Below are positions 17,038 through 25,283 of a stretch of 64,000 nucleotides of DNA, piece by piece. The DNA lies in assembly GCA_964490725.1 (NCBI GenBank), contig CAZBDU010000013.1, positions 8,633 to 72,632 on the forward strand. Reading direction: 5' to 3'. The translations under genes were made by a program, and so were the position numbers. A model generated the notes under the pieces. The model searched no databases, was not told where the DNA came from, and worked only from the letters and a program-made list of their open reading frames with translations. Source of the stretch: an uncultured Spirochaetaceae bacterium. Its GTDB lineage: Bacteria; Spirochaetota; Spirochaetia; SZUA-6; DRHE01. Position 1 is the stretch's first letter, and the number at the start of each line of letters is the position of its first letter.

Positions 17038-17077
17038 TGTTGTACATGCGATCACCCCCGTGTATAATCAGGATACA
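17030..17077. promoter_or_regulatory. Two TGT-N11-ACA dyads (TGTATAATTGTTGTACA, TGTATAATCAGGATACA), candidate enhancer (UAS) sites for the NtrC-type activator
   Basis: Dyads at 17030-17046 and 17061-17077, centres 31 bp apart, starting 86 nt upstream of the -24 element. The same motif and geometry recur at 29096-29143. Confidence 0.5.
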
Positions 17078-17080
17078 CAG

Positions 17081-18415
17081 GTGAAGCCACAAGTCCTGGT
17101 CGTCGACGACAAGATCAAGGTCTGCGAGAGCCTGGCCCAGAATTTCAGGCAGCTCGGGTACGAATGCCACGCGGCCACGAGCTCCGGCGAGGCGATCCAC
17201 ACTTTTCTGGACCACAAGATCAACACGGTGATCCTGGACATCAGGCTGGGCAATGACGACGGGATCGAGCTGCTGAAACAGCTGCAGAATCTCAACGGCA
17301 AGGTGCCGGTTATCATGATCACCGCTTACGGTACCATCGAGTCAGCGGTGGAATCCATCAAGCTCGGCGCCTTCGACTTTCTTCAGAAGCCAATCAACTT
17401 CGACAAGCTGGTGAAGGTGGTGGAGAATGCCATCAGGATGAATGTCCTGGAGGAGGAGAACCACAGGCTCAAGCGCAAGCTCTTCGATTTCTCCTCCAGG
17501 CTGGTCACGCAGAACAGGGAGATGATCGAGCTGTGCCGCAAGGCAAAGCAGCTGGCCGCCACAGAGCTGCCAATCTTGATCTGCGGGGAAAGCGGCACAG
17601 GGAAGGAGCTGCTGGCCGACTTCATCCATTCTCATTCCGCTCAGTCGTGCAACGAGATCATCAAGATCAATTGCTCCGCCTTCGCCGAATCCCTGCTGGA
17701 CAACGAGCTGTTCGGCCACGAGAAAGGGGCCTACACAGGGGCGGATTCTACCTTCCGGGGCGTGTTCGAGAGAGCGAACAACGGGACCCTCTTTCTGGAT
17801 GAGATCGGTGACATGCCCCTGCCCATCCAGAGCAAGATACTGCGCACTCTGCAGAACAAGGAGATTCGCAGGGTCGGCGGCAACAATACCATCAGGATCA
17901 GCGTTCGTTTCATAGCGGCCACAAACAAGAACCTCCAACAACTGATCGCAGAGGGAAGATTCCGGGACGACCTCTTTTACCGCCTGAACGCCGCCACCCT
18001 GACCATCCCTCCCCTGAGAGAGCGCAGGGAGGACATTCCGCTGCTAACCCGACACTTCCTGAACGACTTCCGGGCCCCGAGCTCGGACAGGCCGAAGACT
18101 CTCGCCAGAGAGGTTCTGGGGATTTTCCTGGATTGCGACTGGCCAGGGAACATCCGCGAGCTGAAGAACACTCTGCAGTACGCCGCCACCGTTTCGCTGA
18201 AGGACACCATTGACATCTGCGACCTGCCTCCCGGGTTCAACCACACCAGCAACGAAGGCGCGCCCCAGAATATCAGGGAGAAGATGGAGAGAGACCTGAT
18301 CGTGAGCATGCTCGCCAGGACCGGCTACAACAAGAAGCGGGCGGCGGAATTGCTCGGCATGAGCCGCAAGACGCTCTATAACAAGCTGGAAAGGTATGGC
18401 ATCCTCTGCCCGTGA
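17081..18415 (+). CDS. Sigma54-dependent response regulator (NtrC family: receiver + AAA+ + Fis-type HTH)
   Basis: VKPQVLVVDDK..DIRLG receiver domain. Walker A GESGTGKELLA. GAYTGA (GAFTGA-type sigma54 contact loop). C-terminal HTH KRAAELLGMSRKTLYNKL. GTG start chosen; the track ORF begins at 16973. Confidence 0.92.
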   Translation: MKPQVLVVDDKIKVCESLAQNFRQLGYECHAATSSGEAIHTFLDHKINTVILDIRLGNDDGIELLKQLQNLNGKVPVIMITAYGTIESAVESIKLGAFDFLQKPINFDKLVKVVENAIRMNVLEEENHRLKRKLFDFSSRLVTQNREMIELCRKAKQLAATELPILICGESGTGKELLADFIHSHSAQSCNEIIKINCSAFAESLLDNELFGHEKGAYTGADSTFRGVFERANNGTLFLDEIGDMPLPIQSKILRTLQNKEIRRVGGNNTIRISVRFIAATNKNLQQLIAEGRFRDDLFYRLNAATLTIPPLRERREDIPLLTRHFLNDFRAPSSDRPKTLAREVLGIFLDCDWPGNIRELKNTLQYAATVSLKDTIDICDLPPGFNHTSNEGAPQNIREKMERDLIVSMLARTGYNKKRAAELLGMSRKTLYNKLERYGILCP

Positions 18416-20252
18416 GGGCGGCAGCAACACCCTTCTCGAGCTCCAGAACGTCAATCTCTACTACGACACCCTCAAAGTCCTCAAGGATATCAACATCAGG
18501 ATCAACCGATCCGAGGTCCATGCCATCGTCGGGGAGCACGGGGCAGGCAAGACCTCCCTGTGCATGATCCTGAGCGGCTTCCTCAGGCCCTACTCGGGCA
18601 AGCTCATCCTGGAAGGGAAGACCTGCGATTCCCTGTCGCCCAGAAAGGCCCTCACCGCCGGCATCGAGCTCGTGACTCAGCACAATCCGGTGGTCGACAA
18701 CTTCAGCGTTGCGGAGAACCTTTATCTGGACAACCGCGGGGTCTCCAGCTATCCGTTCATCAACCGCAGAAAGTACCTGGAGATGGCGCAGGCCAGCCTC
18801 GAGGCGCACGGGTTCGCCATCCGTCCCGAGGCGGTGCTGCGAAACATGAAGCTCTCCGACCGGGTGCTGGTCGACATCCTGAAGCATCTGGTAAACCGGC
18901 CGCGGCTTCTGATCCTGGACGAGGCCCTCCAGAAGCTCACCGCGCCAAACTGCGCGAAGATGATCCAGCACCTGAAGGAGCTGAAAAAGGCGGGCATGTC
19001 GATCATCTTCGTCACCCACCGCATCGACGACATCTACAACTTCGCCGACAAGGTGTCCATTCTCAGAAACGGCGAGATCCTGATCACCGATTCCGTCAGC
19101 AACATCGACAAGATCAATCTCATCAAGCTCGCCTACACCCAGATCAGCAGCGACGAGGAGCTGGAGAACGCCAACCAGGAGTTCTACCACCTGCTCAAGT
19201 ACAACGAGGCCGTCCTCAAACAACTGCCTGTGAACCTGGTGGTTGTGGACCGCAACAACAGCATCAAGCTGATCAACGAGTACGCCAAGAAGTACTTCGA
19301 GATCGAGGAGACCAACTACCTGAACACGCCGGTCCGCGAGCTGTTTTCTTTCGAGAATCGGGCGGCCTTCGATTTGCTGCAGGGCGGCCTGTCCAGCAGG
19401 AACAGCGAGACCTTCTACGGCATCACCCTGAACAGGAACGGAGTGGAGTCGATCACCAACATCAAGACCCATCCGATCTACGACGAGTCTTTCCGCATCG
19501 GCTACTACATCATTGTCGAAGACATTACGGAGCGCGAAAAGCTGCGCGAGCAGGTGATCCTGTCGGAGAAGCTTGCCTCCGTCGGGCTGCTGTCAGCCGG
19601 TGTGGCCCATGAGATCAACAACCCGCTGGAGATTATCTACAACTATGTCCGCTACCTGAAGTTCCACACCGCGAGCCAGGAGATCCGTGCCACGGTGAAC
19701 AGCCTGGAGGAGGAGCTCAAGTCCATCTCGCAGATCGTCAGCAACCTGATCTCCTTCTCTGACAGCAGCAAGAACCTGGTCGAGCAGGTGGATGTCAACG
19801 AGCTGATCGCGAGTATCCTCAACCTGGTCGAGTACAATGCCAGGTACCGGCGCATCTTCATCCACTTCCATAGGAAAGCCGATCCGCTTCCCCTCCGGAT
19901 CAACAAGACCGAGATGAAGCAGGTCATCCTCAACCTGATCAAGAACAGCTTCGAGGCCATGCCCTCGGGCGGGCACCTGACGGTCGCCACGGGCAGGCGC
20001 AAGCAGGGCGAAACGCGGCTCGTGGAGATCGTCTTCCAGGACACCGGCTGCGGGATCGGAGACCGCAAGGTGAACGACATCTTCCTGCCTTTCTACTCCA
20101 CAAAGAAGGACGGGCACGGCAACCTGGGTCTGGGTCTCTCGGTGAGCTACGGGATCATCAGAAAATACCACGGTACGATCACCGTCCGCAATCGCGACGG
20201 CGCGGGTTGCGAGTTCACCATCCGGGTTCCCCAGGCTCAGCTCGGCCGCTGA
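18396..20252 (+). CDS. Soluble sensor histidine kinase with N-terminal ABC-transporter NBD (NBD-PAS-HisKA-HATPase_c)
   Basis: 618 aa. aa ~13-247 are RbsA-N-half-like: Walker A GEHGAGKTS, Q-loop VTQH, degenerate signature LSDRVLV, Walker B LLILDEA, H-loop VTHR. A PAS-like region spans aa ~262-375. H-box GVAHEINNPL has its His codon at 19608-19610. N/G boxes are LIKNSFEAM, DTGCGI and GLGLSVS. No transmembrane segment. Overlaps the response-regulator stop by 20 nt. Confidence 0.85.
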   Translation: MASSAREGGSNTLLELQNVNLYYDTLKVLKDINIRINRSEVHAIVGEHGAGKTSLCMILSGFLRPYSGKLILEGKTCDSLSPRKALTAGIELVTQHNPVVDNFSVAENLYLDNRGVSSYPFINRRKYLEMAQASLEAHGFAIRPEAVLRNMKLSDRVLVDILKHLVNRPRLLILDEALQKLTAPNCAKMIQHLKELKKAGMSIIFVTHRIDDIYNFADKVSILRNGEILITDSVSNIDKINLIKLAYTQISSDEELENANQEFYHLLKYNEAVLKQLPVNLVVVDRNNSIKLINEYAKKYFEIEETNYLNTPVRELFSFENRAAFDLLQGGLSSRNSETFYGITLNRNGVESITNIKTHPIYDESFRIGYYIIVEDITEREKLREQVILSEKLASVGLLSAGVAHEINNPLEIIYNYVRYLKFHTASQEIRATVNSLEEELKSISQIVSNLISFSDSSKNLVEQVDVNELIASILNLVEYNARYRRIFIHFHRKADPLPLRINKTEMKQVILNLIKNSFEAMPSGGHLTVATGRRKQGETRLVEIVFQDTGCGIGDRKVNDIFLPFYSTKKDGHGNLGLGLSVSYGIIRKYHGTITVRNRDGAGCEFTIRVPQAQLGR

Positions 20253-21334
20253 GGCCCCTGCGGGATCGCGGAGGCCCGAGAGGCAGGCGGCCTTTTCCCG
20301 CGGGTGCGGCCCGCTCCCGTTCCGTGCTCGCCGATCGCTTCCGCCAGCCGTCGCCTCGCGGCGGCGGACTTGATCAGCTCCTCGGCGCTGGCCCCGAACA
20401 GGATGACCGATCCGACAATGGTGTACTCCAGGGTCGTGGAGATGCCCAGGATGTTGATCGCGTTGTACAGCACCCGCACGATCGCCGTGCCGATAATCAC
20501 CCCGGGCACCGAGCCTTCTCCGCCCCGCAGGCTCGCGCCTCCCACCACGCAGCCGGCGATCGCGTACAGCTCATACATGTTTCCGGCCGTGGAGGGCTGC
20601 ACCGTGTTGAGGTCCAGCGAAAAGAGGACCCCTGCCAGGCACGCGCAGGTTGCAGAAATGACGTAGGCAGCGATCTTGATACGATCCGTGTCCACCCCGC
20701 TGAAACGCACGGCCCTCTCGTTGCTGCCGATGGCCAGGATGCAGCGTCCGTACACTGAGCGCTCCAGGAAAAGCCAGAGGATGGCGCCCGCGAACAGCAG
20801 GATGAGGAAGGGCATCGGCAGCGACCATTCGGCCACCAGCAGCGGGGCGTTGCCCGCCGGCCAGAAGGCGGAGGGAAGGCGGCCGTTGGCCAGGAACTTG
20901 AGCCCCTGGAAGCCGCTTCCGTACCCCTGGGTGACGTCTCGCAGCGCGAAGCGCGCCAGTCCGCGGTAGATGAACAGCCCGCACAGGGTCACCACAAAGG
21001 GCTGCACCTTGACCTTGGTGACCAGCACTCCGTGCAGCAGCCCCATCAGGACCGCCAGGGTAAGACAGATGAGCAGGGCCGCGGCGATGGGCAGCCCGCG
21101 TACGGTGATGAAGTTGGCCGAGAGCCCGCCGATGAGCCCCACGATGGAGCCGACCGACAGGTCTATGCCCCCGGTCATGATGACAAAGGACACCCCCAGA
21201 CTGAGCAGGCCGAACAGGCCCGTCCAGCGCAGGATGTTCTTGACGTTGTAGGGGTTGATGAAGTCCGGGTCGACGATGGTTGTGAGCAGCATGGCGGCCA
21301 CCAGGACAACGCCAATCCCCGCCGCTCTTCTCAA
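20237..21334 (-). CDS. Second CUT2-family sugar ABC permease, paralog of 13072-14121, with no adjacent ATPase or binding protein
   Basis: Collinear with the first permease (GLFGLLSLGVSFVIMTGGIDLSVGSIVGL.., AIGSNERAVRFSGVDTD). TTG start 7 nt after GGAGGG; the track ORF extends to 21409. Its 3' end overlaps the kinase 3' end by 16 nt (convergent). Confidence 0.9.
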   Translation of the reverse strand: MRRAAGIGVVLVAAMLLTTIVDPDFINPYNVKNILRWTGLFGLLSLGVSFVIMTGGIDLSVGSIVGLIGGLSANFITVRGLPIAAALLICLTLAVLMGLLHGVLVTKVKVQPFVVTLCGLFIYRGLARFALRDVTQGYGSGFQGLKFLANGRLPSAFWPAGNAPLLVAEWSLPMPFLILLFAGAILWLFLERSVYGRCILAIGSNERAVRFSGVDTDRIKIAAYVISATCACLAGVLFSLDLNTVQPSTAGNMYELYAIAGCVVGGASLRGGEGSVPGVIIGTAIVRVLYNAINILGISTTLEYTIVGSVILFGASAEELIKSAAARRRLAEAIGEHGTGAGRTRGKRPPASRASAIPQGPQRPS

Positions 21335-21419
21335 GCGATTACCCTCCTGCCTTCGCTGGCGCTTCGGCGGGCCGCTTTCGGGCCGGGGGCGGACCCGGCG
21401 GCGGGCCACCGCAGGGCCC

Positions 21420-22049
21420 TCAGGCGAGGCGTTTCTTCACTGCCTCCTTCAGGCGGCTGTCCCGGATCGACTCCGGGTCCACCAACGCCTTCACCCCCGG
21501 GTATTCCAGGGCCGGGCGGACCACCTCCTCGGGGAGGGTCTCGATAATCTCGGCCAGGCTGCGGTGGGTCAGCCGGGAGACCCGTTCCAGGATGAGGCGC
21601 GCCTCGCGCTGCGGCTCCCTGCGGTGCTCCGGATAACCGGCGCCTCGCTCCACACTGAAGAGCCGATCGAAGATGAAGCGCAGGTTCACATCCCCGGCCC
21701 AGCCGTAGCCGCGGTTGAGGGCCAGGGAAACACAGTTGCCGCCGTTGATCTGCATGAACAGCCAGGCGTCGAGGGGGTCCAGCACGAGCCCGCAGAACAC
21801 CCCCGGATACTGCATGATCGAGCTCAGGAAGCCCTGGCCCGTGCCGCAGCCACCGACGACGAAGTCCGCCCGCTTGAGCTCCAGCAGCACCGCTGCGATC
21901 AGGCCGGTGTGGACGTAGAGCAGCTCGGGCTTCGCTCCCCGCTCCCTCATACCGGCGTTGATGACCTGGTGGCCGCGTCCCTCGAGAGCGGCCAGGATGT
22001 CCGCGTTCTTGTCCGCGGCGCTGGTCTCGCTGACCACTGCTATCCTCAC
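21420..22049 (-). CDS. RpiB/LacA/LacB family sugar-phosphate isomerase (long ~210-aa form)
   Basis: VRIAVVSETSAADKNADIL..DFVVGGCGTGQGFLSSIMQYPGV.. GTG start after GGGAGGG. It forms the C-terminal part of track ORF 21420-23642. Confidence 0.8.
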   Translation of the reverse strand: MRIAVVSETSAADKNADILAALEGRGHQVINAGMRERGAKPELLYVHTGLIAAVLLELKRADFVVGGCGTGQGFLSSIMQYPGVFCGLVLDPLDAWLFMQINGGNCVSLALNRGYGWAGDVNLRFIFDRLFSVERGAGYPEHRREPQREARLILERVSRLTHRSLAEIIETLPEEVVRPALEYPGVKALVDPESIRDSRLKEAVKKRLA

Positions 22050-23624
22050 GGCACCCTCCCGGCCGGGGTCTGCGGCCGGCCTGTCCCGCGGGTCTCGACC
22101 CGGCCCGTCCCGTTCACCTCCCTGGCCCAGCCCAGGCAGCGCTGCACTGCCTTGTTCCATCCGCGGTAGAGGGCTTGCCGGCGCTCCTCGCTCATGGCGG
22201 GCTCGAAGCGGCGGTCCAGCCGCCAGTGGGCCGCCACTTCCTCCCTGCTGCCCCAGAAGCCGACACCGAGGCCCGCCAGGTAGGCGGCGCCACGGGCTGC
22301 CATCTCCGTCACCGAGGGCCGCTCCACCGGGATTCCCAGCACGTCCGCCTGGAATTGCATCAGGAAGTCGCTGCGGCTCGCACCTCCGTCCACTCTCAGG
22401 GAGTCCGCCTGCCTGCCCGAATCGGCGCTCATCGCGTCCAGCACGTCCCGGGTCTGGTAGGCCATGGATTCCAGGCTCGCCCGGGCAATGTGCTCCCGGC
22501 CTGTCCCGCGGGTGATGCCGACGATAAGGCCCCGGGCGTACATGTCCCAGTAGGGGGCGCAGAGGCCGGTGAAGGCGGGCACCACATACACCCCTCCGGT
22601 GTCCTCCGCCTGAGCGGCCAGCCGGGTGCAGCCCTCCGCGTCCTCGACGATCCTCAGGCCGTCCCGCAGCCACTGCACCGCCGCCCCTCCGATGAACACC
22701 ACCCCTTCCAGAGCATACTCGGTCTTTCCATTGACGTGCCAGCCGAGATCCGTGGTCAGGCCGTGTGCGGACAGCATGGGGGTCTGGCCAATGTTCATCA
22801 TCAGCGCCAGGGCAGTGCCGTAGGTGTTCTTCGCCATCCCCGGCCTGAAGCAGTTCTGCCCGAAGGTGGCGGCGTGCTGGTCCCCGGCCGCGCCGGCTAC
22901 CGGGATCTCCGCTCCGAAGAAGACCATCCGGTCGGTGGTGGCCAGCACGCCGCTGGAGGAAAGGGGGGTGGGCAGGATCTCCTCGGGTATCTCCAGAGCC
23001 GCCAGGAGCTCCGCGTCCCACTGCAGCGTGTGGATGTTCAGCAGCATCGTCCGCGAGGCGTTGGAGAAGTCGGTCACGTGCGCCCTCTGGCCGCTCAGGT
23101 TCCAGATGAGCCAGGAATCGATGGTCCCCATGCAGATCTTGCCCCGGGCGATCCTCTCTCTCACTTCCGGCACGTTGTCCAGGATCCACCGGATCTTGGT
23201 TGCCGAGAAGTAGGCGTCGATCAGAAGGCCGGTCCTCTCCCGCACCAGCGGCTCCAGCCCCTTGGCCTTGAGCTCGTCGCACAGCGCCGCGGTGCGACGG
23301 CACTGCCAGACGATGGCGTTGTACACCGGCCGGCCGCTGTCCCTGTCCCAGAGGATCGTGGTTTCCCGCTGATTGGTGATGCCGATCCCGGCGATCGCCT
23401 CGGCCTCCAGGCGGCCCTTCTCCAGCACCTCCCGGGTGCAGTCCATCACCGTTTCCCAGTACTCCCGGGGGTCCTGCTCCACCCAGCCCGGCTGCGGGTA
23501 GATCTGCCGGATCTCCCGGTAGGCCGAGGAGTGGATGTCCCCGTTGTGCCGGAAGAGGATCACCCGGGTCCCGGTGGTTCCCTGGTCGATGGCCATGATG
23601 AATCGCTTGTCCACGGCGTCCCCC
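22046..23624 (-). CDS. glpK: Glycerol kinase (FGGY family)
   Basis: FIMAIDQGTTGTRVILF, GWVEQDPREYW, GITNQRETTILWD, GAAGDQHAATFGQ, RVDGGASRSDFLMQFQADVLG. GTG start at 23624. About 25 aa of low-complexity C-terminal tail. Confidence 0.9.
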
Positions 23625-23634
23625 TCGTCTCCAG

Positions 23635-24615
23635 TTAGCCACGCTCCAGGAGCGTCTCCCGCAGCAGGTCGTAGAGACCGGTGATGTCTTCTCGCTCCTG
23701 GTAGCGGCGGATGGCCTCGCCGTCCAGTCTGTCGGCGAGCCTCTCCATGCTTTGCAGCATACGGATCGAAAGCCCCACGGCCTCGGCCGGATCCTCGCGG
23801 AAAGGGAACTGATCCATGATGATGTAGCCCTCGTAGCTGGACTGCTTCAGGTACCAGAGGTACTCCACGGTGCGCCAGAGGTTGACGGTGCCGGCGATCA
23901 GGTCGTCGTCGAACTCCCCGTAGGCGTCGTTGCCATGCACGTTGAAGAGCCGGCCCGCCCGGTCGAGCATGCACAGCGACTCGGCGGGGTTCTCCCGAGA
24001 CAGGAGGGCGTGGCCGAAATCGAGGGTGATGCCGAAGTTCTCCGCGCCCACGTCGTGAGCCAGAACGAGGGCTTTCCCGACGTTGGCTACCATCATGAAC
24101 ATGCGGGGCTCTTTCAGCTTGTACTCGTAGGAGAAGCGCAAGTCGGGAGCGTACGCGGCGATCTCCCTGATGGCCTCCACGGTGGAGCTCCACATCGCGT
24201 TGTAGTCCCCCTGGAAGCAGTAGTCGTGTCCGTCCTGGCCCGGCCACATGTCGATGAGCCGGAAGCCCATCTCCCGGGCCGCATCGGCTCCCTTCTTCAC
24301 GGTGTCCACCGCCTTCCGGTAGGTCTTTCTGTCCCTGCTGGTGAAGGCGCCGTACTTGTACCGCGGGGCGAACAGGGCCATGTTCATGGCCTGCATCTCA
24401 AGCCCGCTGTCGCGGATGATCGCGGCCACCTCCCTGACCTGCAGCCCCTCGAAGTCACTCGGGTAGTGGATCTGGATCGCCTCCAGCCCCTTGACACGGG
24501 CTGCCGTTCGCACCTGCTCGCGGAAGCTCTGCGCAGGCCGATAGCCCCCCGGGATGAACCGGTCGGCCGTAAACCCGATGGTCCACAGTCCCGCTCCGAA
24601 CCTGAGCCTTTTCAT
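23635..24615 (-). CDS. Sugar phosphate isomerase/epimerase, xylose-isomerase-like TIM barrel
   Basis: 326 aa. AP_endonuc_2-type pattern (..IQIHYP.., WPGQDGHDY, EYKLKEPR, ITLDFGHALL, NVHGNDAYGEFDDDL). GAAGGAGG SD. Confidence 0.8.
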   Translation of the reverse strand: MKRLRFGAGLWTIGFTADRFIPGGYRPAQSFREQVRTAARVKGLEAIQIHYPSDFEGLQVREVAAIIRDSGLEMQAMNMALFAPRYKYGAFTSRDRKTYRKAVDTVKKGADAAREMGFRLIDMWPGQDGHDYCFQGDYNAMWSSTVEAIREIAAYAPDLRFSYEYKLKEPRMFMMVANVGKALVLAHDVGAENFGITLDFGHALLSRENPAESLCMLDRAGRLFNVHGNDAYGEFDDDLIAGTVNLWRTVEYLWYLKQSSYEGYIIMDQFPFREDPAEAVGLSIRMLQSMERLADRLDGEAIRRYQEREDITGLYDLLRETLLERG

Positions 24616-24688
24616 GTTGCGCCCTCCTTCTTCTCCACCTTCTGCACGCGGAACCGGCCGCAGGGCTCCCCGCGGCGGCCCCCAGGGG

Positions 24689-24939
24689 CTACTCCGGCAG
24701 CGGCTCCCCTGGAAAGAACATCACCTTGTTGAACGCCTGCTCCCTGCGGTGCATCAGAACTGGTGGCCGATGGTCGTCGGGTGGCGGTAGGTGCCCGTGA
24801 GCATGACCCGGGGAATGTCCGAGCCGCAGACGCCGCAGGCCTTGACCCGCACGATGAGCTCGCCTTCCCTCTCGATCTGCGGGGCCTCCGTGTGCACACA
24901 CCGCAGGTCCCCGGGCGCAAAGAGCCCGACCGCCCTCAT
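24689..24939 (-). pseudogene. Deletion remnant of a zinc-dependent (MDR) polyol/alcohol dehydrogenase
   Basis: MRAVGLFAPGDLRCVHTEAPQIEREGELIVRVKACGVCGSDIPRVMLTGTYRHPTTIGHQF then TGA. About 20 nt later, in another frame, ..REQAFNKVMFFPGEPLPE-stop resembles an MDR C-terminus. Roughly 270 internal codons are missing. Confidence 0.65.
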
Positions 24940-24995
24940 TGTTTCTGGCTCCACGAATCTGGCTCTCCCCCGTCTGCCCGGCGGCAACCGGCTGC

Positions 24996-25274
24996 TCAGC
25001 CGCCGGCCACCATCTGCAGGAGCATCACCTCCTGATCTTCCCGCAACGCGGTGCGGAGCTCCTTCACCGGACGGCCGTCCACGATGATGATCACCGAGGC
25101 CGCTGGCTTCCTACCCTGCCGATCCCAGAACTGCCCGGGGACGGCGGCCGCCCAGCGCTCGTCGATCAGTTTCATCAGGCTCTGAAGCGTGGAGCCTTCC
25201 GGCAGCTCCATCCGGTGGGTCTGCTCGCCGAGAAAGCCCGCCAGCGCCCCGAGGGCGCGCAGCCTGATCTTCAT
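24996..25274 (-). CDS. MoaD/ThiS-family ubiquitin-like small protein (C-terminal GG)
   Basis: 92 aa, ending ..VMLLQMVAGG. Lies immediately downstream of the AOR gene. Confidence 0.75.
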   Translation of the reverse strand: MKIRLRALGALAGFLGEQTHRMELPEGSTLQSLMKLIDERWAAAVPGQFWDRQGRKPAASVIIIVDGRPVKELRTALREDQEVMLLQMVAGG

Positions 25275-25283
25275 GGGCGGCCC

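Noticed and set aside
17063-17068. The second TATAAT (17063-17068) as an independent promoter for the response regulator.
   Set aside because: There is no good -35 element at 16-18 nt, and it would give a ~6-nt leader. It is more simply explained as part of the distal TGT-N11-ACA dyad. It remains possible but is not called.
16973-17080. The longer N-terminus for the response regulator given in the ORF track (start at 16973). Likewise the extended starts of the ATPase (15768), the binding protein (16958), permease 2 (21409) and the FMN-binding protein (6188).
   Set aside because: The extensions precede the conserved N-termini of their families and lack an SD. In the response-regulator case the extension would also run through its own promoter and dyad region. 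Internal starts with good SDs give family-typical lengths.
21420-24247. The N-terminal extensions of track ORFs 21420-23642 (740 aa) and 22046-24247 (733 aa), which would suggest giant fusion proteins.
   Set aside because: Only the C-terminal parts match real families (RpiB-like from GTG 22049, GlpK from GTG 23624), and each has its own SD. The upstream portions are out-of-frame read-through over neighbouring genes. The same reasoning applies to 27140-29011, 50527-52857 and 51792-54170.
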